Notes under the pieces: generated by a model
Seen by the model: only the letters and a program-made list of their open reading frames with translations
Told to the model about the DNA's origin: nothing
Database searches by the model: none
Source of the DNA: Octopus bimaculoides
Taxonomy: Eukaryota
NCBI RefSeq assembly: GCF_001194135.2
Contig: NC_068986.1
Location: forward strand, 5,544,042-5,608,041
DNA length: 64,000 nt
Direction: 5' to 3'
Made by a program: the position numbers and the translations under genes
Shown here: positions 1-13,400 of the stretch, piece after piece
Position numbering within the stretch: the stretch's first letter is position 1
How the letters are laid out: every line of letters begins with the position of its first letter

Positions 1-202
1 ATATATATATATATATATATATATATAATGCGAGAGAGTTAGGGGTTGAGGATTCAACCCACTAAGGGATAGTATCTATCCAATATACTGCTGGGAGGGT
101 ACCCAATTATTGTTACACTAGTGTTATACCAAGTGTAATAAGTGGGTGCGAGTAAAGGGGGGTTATTTTACCCTAAATTTATATAGCAATTCGAAAATGG
201 AA

Positions 203-264
203 CTGTTTCGGCCTAGCATTGACATATGCCCCATGGGGCATATGTCAATGCTAGGCCGAAACAG
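203..264. repeat. Perfect 62-bp spacerless palindrome
   Basis: CTGTTTCGGCCTAGCATTGACATATGCCCCA|TGGGGCATATGTCAATGCTAGGCCGAAACAG. Confidence 0.97.
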
Positions 265-1672
265 CTGTAAGTTTCTGTTTATTCTCAAATTCCTAATGTA
301 CTTTATATTTGTAACCTTGATTGTTAATATAACATGGTATGTCATAAGCATTTGTATAGTGTGGTTTTTGTCATTTTAGTTACAAAATAAATTAATTCAA
401 TGGAATACACTGTCTGCAAGTTGATGGATACCGCATATTCTCCTCCATTTTCTAATTGCTATATATATATATATATATATATCTCCAAAGGGAACAAATT
501 CCATAGGGATGCTGTTTTGGGAAGCAAATGTTTAAGGTGGTACCCGAGACATGACATTGCAGTGTATGTAATAAGATGCGAGGACCTGGATGGAAAGATA
601 TACAGCAAGCTGGTCAGAGGCTATTTGTACTGAATCTTTACTAATTGTTCAAATGGTGATAGGGCAGAGTTTAGCAAACTACTGTCTGAGAACAAATCCA
701 GCCCTTTACATTACATTAAGATATTCTATATTCTCTTTATCTTCAGTTTGTGAACAATAAAATTCTGTACTGAAAAAAAGAGGCCTCAAATTATCCATTG
801 TTTATATTAATTACAAAAAAAGAAAGTGAGATTACTTCACTGTATAAAAAAAAAAAAGTTTCCCCAGATGTGATATTTTAAACAGTAAATATTTTCACCT
901 TCCTGAATGAATAGAGCATCAAAGAGTAACAGCATCTCATATGTTGTTGCAATATAGTTTACAAGATTAATCAATTCTAACAAAGAAGGGAGTGGCAAAA
1001 ATTGTTTACTTGTCCATTAAAAAATTAGGTAAACTAGTTATCATACTTGCCCTAAAGTCACAAACACACACTTCACCGTTAAAGCTACCTGAAAATATTT
1101 CAACTTTTCACCGCATGTCATACACGGCACATACAATTTTTATGTCAGTAAATGTGTAGCAATTCCTTCCTCACAACAGCTAATATCTGAAAGATCTTTT
1201 AAACCAGTTGTTTCTAAAATCTTGTATGATCAAAAGACATATTTTCAAACCAACCTACTCAAAAAATGCTTGCCATCCAGACACTGCTAGAAGATAGAGA
1301 CAGTGAATCAAAAAAGTAGATTTGGAATTATTTGTGTAAACAATACCTACATGGAGAACAAAAGTGAATAGCTTCTGTAAAGACTAAAATAAATTCTTGA
1401 TAAAATTTTAAAAATTAGTAAAGATATTAAAATAGTGAAGAACAGTAATTAAACTTTTATTTCAGATATTTAAAAACAAAATAAAATATTTCAGATCAGA
1501 TGATATGTTGAAACTAATTGAAGTCATGGTTTAAGCTATTTAAAAAGGTCTTTTCACAAACATGATGTGCTTGATAAAAAATAAATTTAAAACCAAGTTC
1601 CTCTGAAGTTCAGATTAAAGTATATAAAAACAAAGTATCTATTTTTCAAAAATAATAATGCTTTTTTTAATG

Positions 1673-1703
<31 letters not shown>

Positions 1704-1859
1704 TTCAATATATATTTCTAATAGCTAATGAGCAAAGCGAGAACCTGAAACCTTTAATATAGCAATTATTTCTAAATTGCATTTAATATTGGTATAACAA
1801 AGTTAAGTTCACTTTGAAGATGTTCGTTTATTACAATGGAAATATAACAATTCCAAGCG

Positions 1860-1979
1860 TTAAGCTTGATATGTAGTTGAAGATACCTGACCACCAGATC
1901 CTGTCCAATTTGTATGAATAAAATGTCCAAGATTGTTACGTAGTTCATATGTGTGAGCACCAAAGTAGTCACGCTGAGC
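1860..1979 (-). CDS. PGD: PGD last exon ([39 protein letters not shown])
   Basis: cag|GCT CAG CGT GAC ... GCT TAA; an AATAAA lies on the minus strand at ~1828-1833. Confidence 0.97.
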   Translation of the reverse strand, partial: AQRDYFGAHTYELRNNLGHFIHTNWTGSGGQVSSTTYQA

Positions 1980-4900
1980 CTGAAATTTAAATTAAAAAAA
2001 TATTAGCTACAAACACACACAATCTCAATCCCATTTCTGAAGTACAAGTTGGATTTTATACTTGGATTTTAATACTACCAGCAGTGCATAAAAGTTACCA
2101 CCTCGTCTGTAAGACAATTATTTCAAAATCCCAAAATAACCTTCAAGCTTTCTTATCTTACAAATGCAGCTGGGTTTTCTGGTCCATTACCAAGAGACTA
2201 TTAATGTTGTAGTATTACCCAACTATCTGTCAGTCTTAAAACAAAATAGTTCTCCAAGTACTATTTTGTTTTAGTACTCATCTCCAATAACATCACTTCA
2301 TTTTTGCCTCCATTGCACACACATACACAAAGAAAAAAACCTCACACCAGTATGTGAAAATTCCCTTCACTGAACCCAGTTAAAGGAGGGTTCCTTATAT
2401 TAACATCAAACAGTACACCGTAATTTATTTTTCTCAATAGGGGACTAACCCAATCTATATATAACCATGATAATCTCTCATTCCATATAGGTATTCTATT
2501 TGACACGGCTAATTATTGACCAATTGCCATCACCCCTAACTCATCTGAAGAGATGGTTATAGTTGTAAAGCACCACCTCAGTTCATTACATTGATTATTT
2601 TACTTTCTCACAGGACCATCAGTACACTTCCCATAGAGCCAGATCTAAAAGAGACTTGTTCTCCTGCATCATACATTAGTTGTCTCTTGTTGTCAACATT
2701 GGGCAGACTGGTCTGTTGCAGCATTCACAGACTGAATACTCAAGTCAGTCTGATGTGTTCAAGGTTTGATTGAGTATGCGTCATAAGGTCTTCCACACTT
2801 TGCTTCCTATACATTAATAACCCACTTGCTGCCATTAGTAACTGCACACATACATACACACACTGTGATCAGGTGACACAACACTTCACTTCCTGATTTT
2901 GTATATACAAATATTATCACACATAACCTGCTACAAGACCTGACATTTGTAAATGACCTAACCACATTTCCTAGATGTATCAATTTATATACTGTTTCAG
3001 ATACGAGTTTCAGACCCATTTCTTTGCATAGTTACTGCAGTGATGGAAAGGATACACGGGAGGGTTTTGACTGCAATATTGTTTTTAAAGGAGAATAAAT
3101 TAGGTTTTGTTATGGAAATATCTTTATAAGGACATTAGGAATATAAATTGAACTCCACCACCATCACTACTACATTTATAAAAGAAAGTAGTTCAAAATG
3201 TAGGCAAATAGTTTTGACATCAACTGCAAAGTTAGTTACTTGAAACCTCCTCTTCAATGTTACAGCAAGAAGCCTAATATACATGATACACTAATGCTAT
3301 GGGATACAACAGCAAGTAATTGAGCATCACATTAAATGTATAATGGTATTAAATTTTATCTGCCTACATCTTGAGTAGAAATAGTGTCAAAGTTTTCAGT
3401 TTTCCAGTGCCAATAAATAATTACCAGTAACTCACTATATATTAACTTCTCTGAAAATATTAGCTTTATTCCTTGACATAAGAAAATCAATATTGTACCA
3501 TATAAAAAAACAATCATTCTGAACTAACCTGAATTAAATTTGCAGGCAGATGTGAAGTCCTGTAGCCATCATAAAAGGCCAATGCTGAGCTGAAAGCAGT
3601 TGTTGGAATTCCAGATGCGACAGCTGTACTGACTACGTGACGCCAAGATTCCTGTAAATCATGCAAGAAAAATATTAAGAAAATTAACATTCGTATAATC
3701 AATAATTTCATTTACCACAGACTTAAAAGTTATAGTAATTGTGACGTTCGTGCCATTAACAAAAACATCAAGAATGTGTTTATTAGTAATGGAGGCAACA
3801 TTAATACTGAGAGGTAATATTTAAACGTTGATGTTTTACTACAATAATATAATATAAACAAGAGTGCATTTGCACCAAAAGCCAATATGAAAGTTTCTTT
3901 CATGGTAACTTCCACAGAATAGTTTGTTCCAACAGAACACCCACATTTAAGCGGGGATAAATATTACCTCTCATTTTGAATGTGAAGTGAAATGATTCTA
4001 ACTAGATATCAATAAAGGGTTACAAATTAACTTCATCAAAAACTTATTGTTAAACCACGAAGTCTGCCAAGTTATTATTGTTAGAAAGGTGATAAGCTGG
4101 CAGAATCAGTAGCATGCCAGACAAAATGCTTAGTGGTATTTCACCTGTCACTATGCTCCGAGTTCAAATTCCACCAAGGTCATCTCATCCTTTCGGAATC
4201 AATAAATTAAGTATCAGCAAAGCAGTAGGGTCGATGTAATAGACTAGTCTCCTCCCCGCAATTTTCAGGCCTTGTGCCTTTAGTAGAAAGGACTATTATT
4301 ATCATTAAAATTACATCTGTTTTCCCTATGTAGTAGGGTTTTGATAAATCAATACATCTGAAAATTAATCCTGAACAGTCCAGTGTTCGAATTAATTGTT
4401 TTGTTTGTATAAGACTGGATGCCCTTATTACTGCTAGCTTAACTGTTGCCAATATCAGAGTAATTCTCTTCCAAGACTTGAAGTCTTCTCTACACTATAT
4501 CAGTTTTATAAGAGGTAATGATATAGTTCACTTCATTAAACCTGCTTCACTCTGATATCATTATAGGAGACATCTTTTCTGTAAATGTATTAAAAGTGGA
4601 AGAGAGATGAAAGTGTTCTAGTGGTGATCTAAGGAGAAAGAGAAGCTGGACTCTAAACACAACTCCTCGTCCATATATANNNNNNNNNNGTGTGTGTGTG
4701 TGTGGGCTTCTTTTAGTTTTTGTCAACCAAATGCACTGACTTTGGTCAACACAGGGTCATGCAGTGGGATTGAACTCAAAACCTAGTGGCTTGAAGTAAA
4801 ATTCTTAATATTACACCTATGCCTATGTGCTATTTAAAAAAATAATAATAATAGGAAGGCAATTATTGATATAAAGTAACAAAAAGATAAATATGTATAA

Positions 4901-7900
4901 AATATTTATAAATATTTTATATAACATTCATCAGAAATAGAAGATAGAATAAAGTTTAGTTCCTAAATATGGTTTTTGCATCATGAGATACGAACCAAAT
5001 AGCTTTACAAAGAAAAAAAAAGAGAAGAAGATGCAAGCTTTGATATCACTAGTAGCAACAGCAACGAGAAGCCGGTAAACTACCAAAGAAAGAATTTGGG
5101 GGATGCGGATTTAAAAAAAAGAAAGAGTACTTATACATATGCACACACACAAATCATTTTCTGTCGGCTTTCCATGCTGGTATGGGGGAAAGGCAAGTCA
5201 TTACGATGTGGAGTCAGCTCTTATATAGAGTTACTGTCCTCTGATGGGTCAGAGAACAATGTCTTGCTCATATGTTCCATTTCTGGCTTGGTTTCTTCAG
5301 CCGGATGTCCCTGCTATTAGCAAGCGCTTTGTAGGATTTTCGAGCGAGATCGTTGCCAGTGCCCCTGGACTGGCTCTTGTGCGGGTGGCACATAAAATAC
5401 ACCATTTTGAGCGTGGCCGTTGCCAGTACCGTCTGACTGGCTTTCGTGCGGGTGACATGTAAAAGCACCCACTACACTCTCTGAGTGGTTGGCGTTAGGA
5501 AGGGCATCCAGCTGTAGAAACTCTGCCAAATCAGATTGGAGCCTGGTGTTGCCATCCGGTTTCACCAGTTCCCAGTCCAACCCATGCTAGTATGGAAAGC
5601 GGATGTTAAACGATGATGATGATGATGATGATATACTAAGTGGATTTGTGTGTGTGTGTGTGTGTGTGTATATATAAATATATATATATGTTTTGAGAGA
5701 GAGAGAGATAGCGGTATCGACACACATAGAATAGTATGTGGAATGTAGCATTTCATACTGTGCAATTAATGGTAGCTATGAATGAAGATAAAAATGCAAT
5801 TGGGTCTCTGGCATGACCGTTTTACTGTTCTCGGGGGACAGCAGAACAATCCATGGAGTTGCACCAAAGTGATACTAGCTTACCCTGCATATCTAACCTC
5901 TTGATTACATAGACAATACTGTAATATTTTTTATTAATTCACAAATTATTTTCTTACCTGACATTTGGAAATAGCTGATTTGAAGAATTCATCTAACAGT
6001 AAACTTTTAAGTTTTGGGTTTTTATCAAAAGCCTCTTTAATATTTCCAAGAAAAACACTACAAATGAAAAGGACATATTTTATGGTTATTAAGGTTCTTT
6101 TTTAACCTCTACTTCTAACAATGTTTCAAATAAAAAAAAATTAATTTATAAATATAGATAAACTCAAGTTTGGTAAGTAGTAAAAGAAATATTAATTCAA
6201 TTATTCAAAATGATGTTTGTAGTTAATAAATTAACACAATGATATGAAAATACTAAATGTTAAACTGACCTGATTGTATTCAAGAGTTGAACTTAAATGT
6301 TACAGCTCTTCATTTGCTCAACTAATCATCTAGTTTTTAAAATTCATTTTACAAATGTTGCATGCTTCTCCATTTCTAACTCATTGAAAAATCTTTTTCA
6401 CTTCACAGCTAATTGATTATTCATGCAGTTTTAATTTTATAACAATAGTTTAAAAATAATGATTTTTATTGAAAATATAGTTCACTATATAAATATAATT
6501 CAACTGTAGTTTTATTTTCCGGTTAACTTCTGGTGATTAATATTTTAAGTTTTGATATTGTTTTACTTGATTTTTTTTCCCCACCATGGTAGCATATGTA
6601 AATGAAAGCTTTTGAAATGTTGCTGACGTAAACTACTGTAAATTACAATAGTTTATTTTTCTATTAGATAGATGTAGACATAGTTGGCTGTGCCCATGAC
6701 TCTCATGAGCCCACTTAAATATTTAAGAGAAATTACATATTAAATATATTAATAGAACTTTTAGTTGATAGTGATAGGAAGGGAATCCAAGAGGGCTGAC
6801 ATTCTGGAAGGAAAGATCAGGGTTATGGAAAGGGATGACAATGTTGATGAAATGTGGGTTGGGTGAAGATAGCACATCTGTGAAACAGAAGTTAGAGCAT
6901 GCATGTGACTTCATGCCAATTAGTCAAGGGACTTTTTATGGAGATGCAGTCAAGATGTCTGGATGTGTAATAGCTATATGAAGTCAGAAGGGTACATTCT
7001 GTCAGCCAGTGAAACTGATGCAAATAAATTGAAATACAAGTGAAGCAGTGTACTTTGTAAAGAAATCATGTAACAGATTTAGAATGGTTTGAAACTTTAC
7101 AGGGCATTTTTGATTTATCTATTACCATATTTAACATTTTACCATCATTATTTTCAGCATCACTTAACACTCTCCAATTAGTGTTTACTTTCCAGTTGTA
7201 AAATATTTGCTGCTGAACAAGTAACTACACTCAGTACATGAATTGCAACCCCACAATGTATATTTCAACCAGATGTTCAGTATACTTTATCTAACTTGTC
7301 TATCAGCTGACACTCAGCAGATTCAGAATAGAAAATGCTTTCAAATAGATGGATTGCAATTCCATGGGAATAATAACAGATTGCACAACAGGACTTCATT
7401 TTATGTCCAAGAATTCAATAAATCGCCCATGGAACATAAATATATTTGACTGGGGTTAAATGAAATGTAGACATATGAGTTTGAAGTAGTACAAAATGAA
7501 ATCAAGATAATTCATTTTGTCAGCAAGGAAATTATATTACAAGTAGAATGCTTTCCTGTAGCACATTTAGCATTTAGATAGTAGTAGAAATAAGATGGTT
7601 GAATGAATTGGGTACTGAATAAAGAAAGGGAGTTTGTAACTTGATTAATATTATAAAGAATCCAACAAGTAAAATTACAATCCTGTAGTTGTTGACTATA
7701 TTTTTTTCTCTTTAGCTTGGGGGCAATTAGCCAAAAAACATATTTACAGCTAGACTAAATATGCCCACATTAATATTTGTGTAGGACTTTATCTAACTTT
7801 TATTTTCAAATCCAGTTCCTAAAGATCAGTATATATCATTTTGTATATGTATTTGGAGCTTATGATTATTTTGCAAAACAATCATTCTATTATTTAAAAA

Positions 7901-10417
7901 AGAAAAAAAAATTATTGAATATCTGTAACTAATAAATAGTAAGCAGATAGATATAACCCAGAGATAGAAAAGGTGGGTATTTATTTACCTACGAATAATA
8001 CAGCCACCTCTCCACATAAGTGCAATCGATCCATAGTTTAGATTCCAACCAAGAGACTTGGCAGCTTCTCGCATTAGCATGAATCCTTGAGCATATGATA
8101 CAATTTTAGATGCATATAATGCCTGTAAACAAGAGAAAATTTGAAGTATAAAATAAATGTGCATCTCTCAAAGGTTATACACAACAATATTTAAATAATA
8201 AACAAAGCACTTTTAAAAAATAAAACAAAACTTTCAAAAACTGTACGGTAGTATTTGTTTTTCCTAATCATTTATTTGATTTATGACAACAATTTAGATC
8301 AGATATGAATATTGAATGTCATATTCCCTTTTACAGAAATATTTTAAACTAATTGTTATCAGTTTTTAAATTACATTTTTGATTCCTCTCTCCAACTCTC
8401 ACTTTTATTTTGGGATCATTTTTCTAAACCACAATCAATATTTATTCAGTTTCTTTGAAGTAAGGACAGTATTAACCAAGAGTTGTAGAATAGATATGCA
8501 AAAAACAATTCAAATGTTGAACTATCACTTCATACAAATATTGATTTATGTTTATTCACCAATGAACAATAAATGTGCACAATCAATCTTATTAAAATCA
8601 TATACATACTGAGAGGCAGGTCAAAGCTCAAAAATAGTCATTATTTGAAACAACCATCATAAATTTTTAGTGGTGAGAAAGTTAAGAACTTAATATCCAT
8701 CAGAAGAAACATCTGACAGTACCTGTTCTAGCACTTTGCACTTTTGGTAGGAAGCCTATGAGAGCACTGGTTCCAAGCTGTATTGGCCCTAAGGTGGTGT
8801 GTGTGTGTGTGTGTGTGTGTAAGGATGAGGGAGATCTCTTTTGGGCAATGTTGATTGTGTGGAAAGGGTAAATTTGCATGCATGGGTAACTTCCAGTCTT
8901 CCACAATCAAACACTGCCCAGACTTGTGCATGCAAATGCAGATACAATGCCAACATTGACTAAAAGAAGCATTATAACAAGAGAAAGTTTTAATTTAGAA
9001 TCTTAACTATTTGTATGTAAGGAAAAAAATTACTGTTCATCTGAACATTTCATAATGAATGATGCATACTTCAATTTACCATCAGTTAATATAAAGGGGT
9101 GCTGAAAAGTTTCTGGCTTTGGGTAAAAGAAAATGCAAGAGGATTCATTAATGATGATTTTATTAAACATATTCTCCTTTCAGATTCACACACTTATTGC
9201 AGCGGTCCTTCAGTTTTTCTAAGCCCTGTAAAAGAACTAGGAAGGTTGGGCCTCCAAACAAACTTCTTGTGCTACTTTTAAAGCCAAGAACTTTTCAGTA
9301 CCCCCTCATAAGTGAGGGTAGGATGAGCAGAAATAAGCCAATTCTTAAGATCTACCATACAGNNNNNNNNNNNNNNNNNNNNNNNNNNNNNNNNNNNNNN
9401 NNNNNNNNNNNNNNNNNNNNNNNNNNNNNNNNNNNNNNNNNNNNNNNNNNNNNNNNNNNNNNNNNNNNNNNNNNNNNNNNNNNNNNNNNNNNNNNNNNNN
9501 NNNNNNNNNNNNNNNNNNNNNNNNNNNNNNNNNNNNNNNNNNNNNNNNNNNNNNNNNNNNNNNNNNNNNNNNNNNNNNNNNNNNNNNNNNNNNNNNNNNN
9601 NNNNNNNNNNNNNNNNNNNNNNNNNNNNNNNNNNNNNNNNNNNNNNNNNNNNNNNNNNNNNNNNNNNNNNNNNNNNNNNNNNNNNNNNNNNNNNNNNNNN
9701 NNNNNNNNNNNNNNNNNNNNNNNNNNNNNNNNNNNNNNNNNNNNNNNNNNNNNNNNNNNNNNNNNNNNNNNNNNNNNNNNNNNNNNNNNNNNNNNNNNNN
9801 NNNNNNNNNNNNNNNNNNNNNNNNNNNNNNNNNNNNNNNNNNNNNNNNNNNNNNNNNNNNNNNNNNNNNNNNNNNNNNNNNNNNNNNNNNNNNNNNNNNN
9901 NNNNNNNNNNNNNNNNNNNNNNNNNNNNNNNNNNNNNNNNNNNNNNNNNNNNNNNNNNNNNNNNNNNNNNNNNNNNNNNNNNNNNNNNNNNNNNNNNNNN
10001 NNNNNNNNNNNNNNNNNNNNNNNNNNNNNNNNNNNNNNNNNNNNNNNNNNNNNNNNNNNNNNNNNNNNNNNNNNNNNNNNNNNNNNNNNNNNNNNNNNNN
10101 NNNNNNNNNNNNNNNNNNNNNNNNNNNNNNNNNNNNNNNNNNNNNNNNNNNNNNNNNNNNNNNNNNNNNNNNNNNNNNNNNNNNNNNNNNNNNNNNNNNN
10201 NNNNNNNNNNNNNNNNNNNNNNNNNNNNNNNNNNNNNNNNNNNNNNNNNNNNNNNNNNNNNNNNNNNNNNNNNNNNNGAAAACAAGGTGAACATCAAAAT
10301 CAAATAATCACAGAATTTTATTGACAAGATTTTTCATTGTACAAAAAAATCATCAGACAAAAGACATTTGACAAAGTGATGTGGGGCGAAAAGATATAGC
10401 ACCATATATATATAGCA

Positions 10418-10458
<41 letters not shown>

Positions 10459-13400
10459 TATTTATTGTGAATATCTTTGCAGCTGCGTTTGACTCCCAGC
10501 ACCGTTTGGCAACTGGTGTTGATTTGTTTACTTCCTCATAATCTAGCAGTTTGGCAAAAGTGACTAATAGAATAAGTGCCAGGTTTTAAAAAAACCTATG
10601 GAAGTCAATTCTTTCAGCTAAAACTTCAAGGCAGTGCCCAGTGTTGCCTTGGTCTGACGATTGAAACAAGTAAAAGATAAAAGACAGCCCATGCTATAAT
10701 GTAGATGATGACAGGGAGAGTATCCAGTCATATAAAGTGCAACAAGAACGTATGACAGATGCAGCAAAGGTGGCTGGTTTTCTATGTTGCAGTTTATGTT
10801 ACATTTGTTATAGATTAGAAATCAGATTTACAATACAATTGTATATGTATTATGCTTACCAATCAAAGAAACTGGAGTTCCATATTGCAGAGCAGCTATT
10901 GCAGTCCATTTTCCAGTGCCTTTCTACAAAATAATAAAACAAAAAAAGAAACCTGACGTACGTGACAAAAATAGATGCAAATTTATAAATTAGATTGGAG
11001 CCTGGTGTTGCCATCTGGTTTCACCAGTCCTCAGTCAAATCGTCCAACCCATGCTAGCATGGAAAGCGGACGTTAAACGACGACGTGATACAAAGAACAA
11101 TAACAGAAGAGACGACAGAATTGATGTTTGTGGATGGTAATTATATAGAGTAGATATTTGGAGTATGGTGATATTGAATAGATATTTGATATACAATGAT
11201 ATCAAGCAGATATTTAATGAACAATGATATTAAATAAGTATTTCAAGTACAGTAGTATTGAGTAGATGATCAAGTTACTGTGCTTTACTGCAATATTAAA
11301 TAAATCAACTCAACCAGAGCCATGTAAATGATCATTAAAAAAAAAAAAAAATTAAATGGTAATCTTTTACCTGACCAGCAGCATCACTGATGTTTCCTAG
11401 TAAAAATTCACCATTTTCCTTGTACTGTAAAATGTCTCGAGTGATCTCAATCAAATAGGAATTCAGTTCCTCTTTATTCCAATCATCAAAAACCTTTAAT
11501 GATAATTTGTATTTTTGTTTTAATAAAATTCGACAAATTACAAGTTTCACAAAAAATAAAGAAATCAAAAAAATTCTAGCATTCAAAACTGACTTTATTT
11601 TAGTCAGGAAAGGTAACTCCTTCGATACTTTACAGGGCTCCAAGATTAATAAAAGAGGGGAAGATATTCTCAAACCAGAAATCTGATCCAAAATGTTTGT
11701 AACAGAGCAGACTCTACTAAAGGTATCCAAAGTGCTTCATAGTTGTGTAAAACTGAGTAACAGATTAAATGACAGGATTTGAACACAGAATACAAAGAGC
11801 TGGAGCAAGGAACCAGATCTGATGTTCTAACAGATCTATGAATCCACTACTTCAGTTTTTTTTTTTTTATCATTATTATTACTATTATTATTATTATTAT
11901 TATTATAGTCCTCTGAAAGGATTATAGACCAAGTTGACTTCAGTGGAATTTGAGCTTGGAGCACAGAAAACTGAACCAAATGTTGCAAGACATTCTATCT
12001 GATGCTCTAACAACTGTCAAATTATAGTTATGTGTTTGTATTAATACATTTTACTTTCAATGGCTTGGATCAACTAACTATAAAGCACCATAACTGTGTT
12101 CCTTATTCTAACAATGATCAAAGAAACTATAACGAAACAACAAGAATTTTCTTGTCATCTTGATATCATAAGAATTAAGAATGGATAATTACTGTTTACA
12201 TTAAAGAAATTCAAACAAACCTGTGCCATTTCTGTTGGAGACAATTCTAGTACATCCTTCATCAAATGGTATGCTTCACAAATTAGTTGCATATCCCCAT
12301 ATTCTATACCATTGTGTACCATCTTTACAAAATGGCCTGCACCTTCTTCTCCAACCTTTAAATAAAAAAAATTGATTCATCTAAAAACAAATGTAAGAAT
12401 TATACAGTCACATTTGTTTTTAAAGACCAGCATACCATATTTTAATGTTAGTTTTATGACCTTCATGATTCTTTTAGAATTCAAACAACAAATAGGAAAT
12501 TAGATATCAAATGAATAGATTAGTGATTTAGCATTTTTCTGCAGTGACACAAACTGACTGAATTTGCACATTTTTATATGGGACGAAGTGGTGAGAAAGG
12601 ATTTTCAGATGTCGGGCCTTGCAGTGGGGATGACATGTCAAGCTAAGCAAAATTGTGGTTGTCCTTACACACAGCCATGTCCCCTGCATCTCTCTTCAGC
12701 TGAGTATTCCTAATCTTACAGGCTCTTGAGTGCTGGTGCTGTGTAAAAGCACCCACTATGCTCTGTAAAGTGATTGGTGTTAGGAAGGGCATGCAGCCAT
12801 AGAAAACATGCCAAAAGACATGGAGCCTGGACAGCTCTTCAGCTGGCCAACTCCAGCAAAACCGTCCAACCCATGCCAGCATGGAAAACAGACATTAAAT
12901 GATGATGATTTTTAACTATCCTCAGTTCATTTATTATAAATCCCTCTTGCAAACAATGATGGATGCTTTTAAACATACAACCATTTCTTTAGTTTGGCTG
13001 AACTTGTCTCTCATATTCACATTGCTTATCTTATAGAATTCAGTATCCAAACATTTTCATATTCATTGGATATTTTTCTAAACTCTTATATCAAGGAAGT
13101 TTAATTCCAAAATAAATGAAAGTTATTTTGTTTGCTGCACAATGGATATTATACGTTCACTGACTCTGCATTTGGCTTTATGATAGCTAAACACCAGAAC
13201 TTATATAATCACAGAATGTATAAGGTTCACTTTCCAGCTGGTATGGGTTGGATAGGTCACCGTGTTCCAAGTCAAATTTTATTGAGATACTTTTTCCAAA
13301 ATGAGTTGGAAGATATATCTCACTTGTATATTTCACTTTTGGCTTTGTTTTTATGGATGGAGGCCCTTACATCAACACTTTATAGTGTGTACTAGTCACA

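Noticed and set aside
1-28. (TA)n, (CA)n, (GA)n, (ATT)n and (CAC)n microsatellites throughout
   Set aside because: Ordinary simple repeats, many at gap edges or retroelement tails.
2237-2273. 14-bp stem hairpin TAAAACAAAATAGT/ACTATTTTGTTTTA
   Set aside because: AT-rich and short, so plausible by chance.
6720-7060. Possible APE endonuclease remnant (SPLGFPSYH resembling PLGxSDH); similar purine-rich tract at 33200-33700
   Set aside because: Similarity too weak to support without an HMM search.
8700-8931. ORF with GTSALIG text considered as the missing PGD exon
   Set aside because: No EAVFAR-like sequence or usable splice sites; it overlaps a (GT)n microsatellite.
9197-10327. Long ORFs (375/349 aa) and other X-filled ORFs
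   Set aside because: Artefacts of reading through N gaps.
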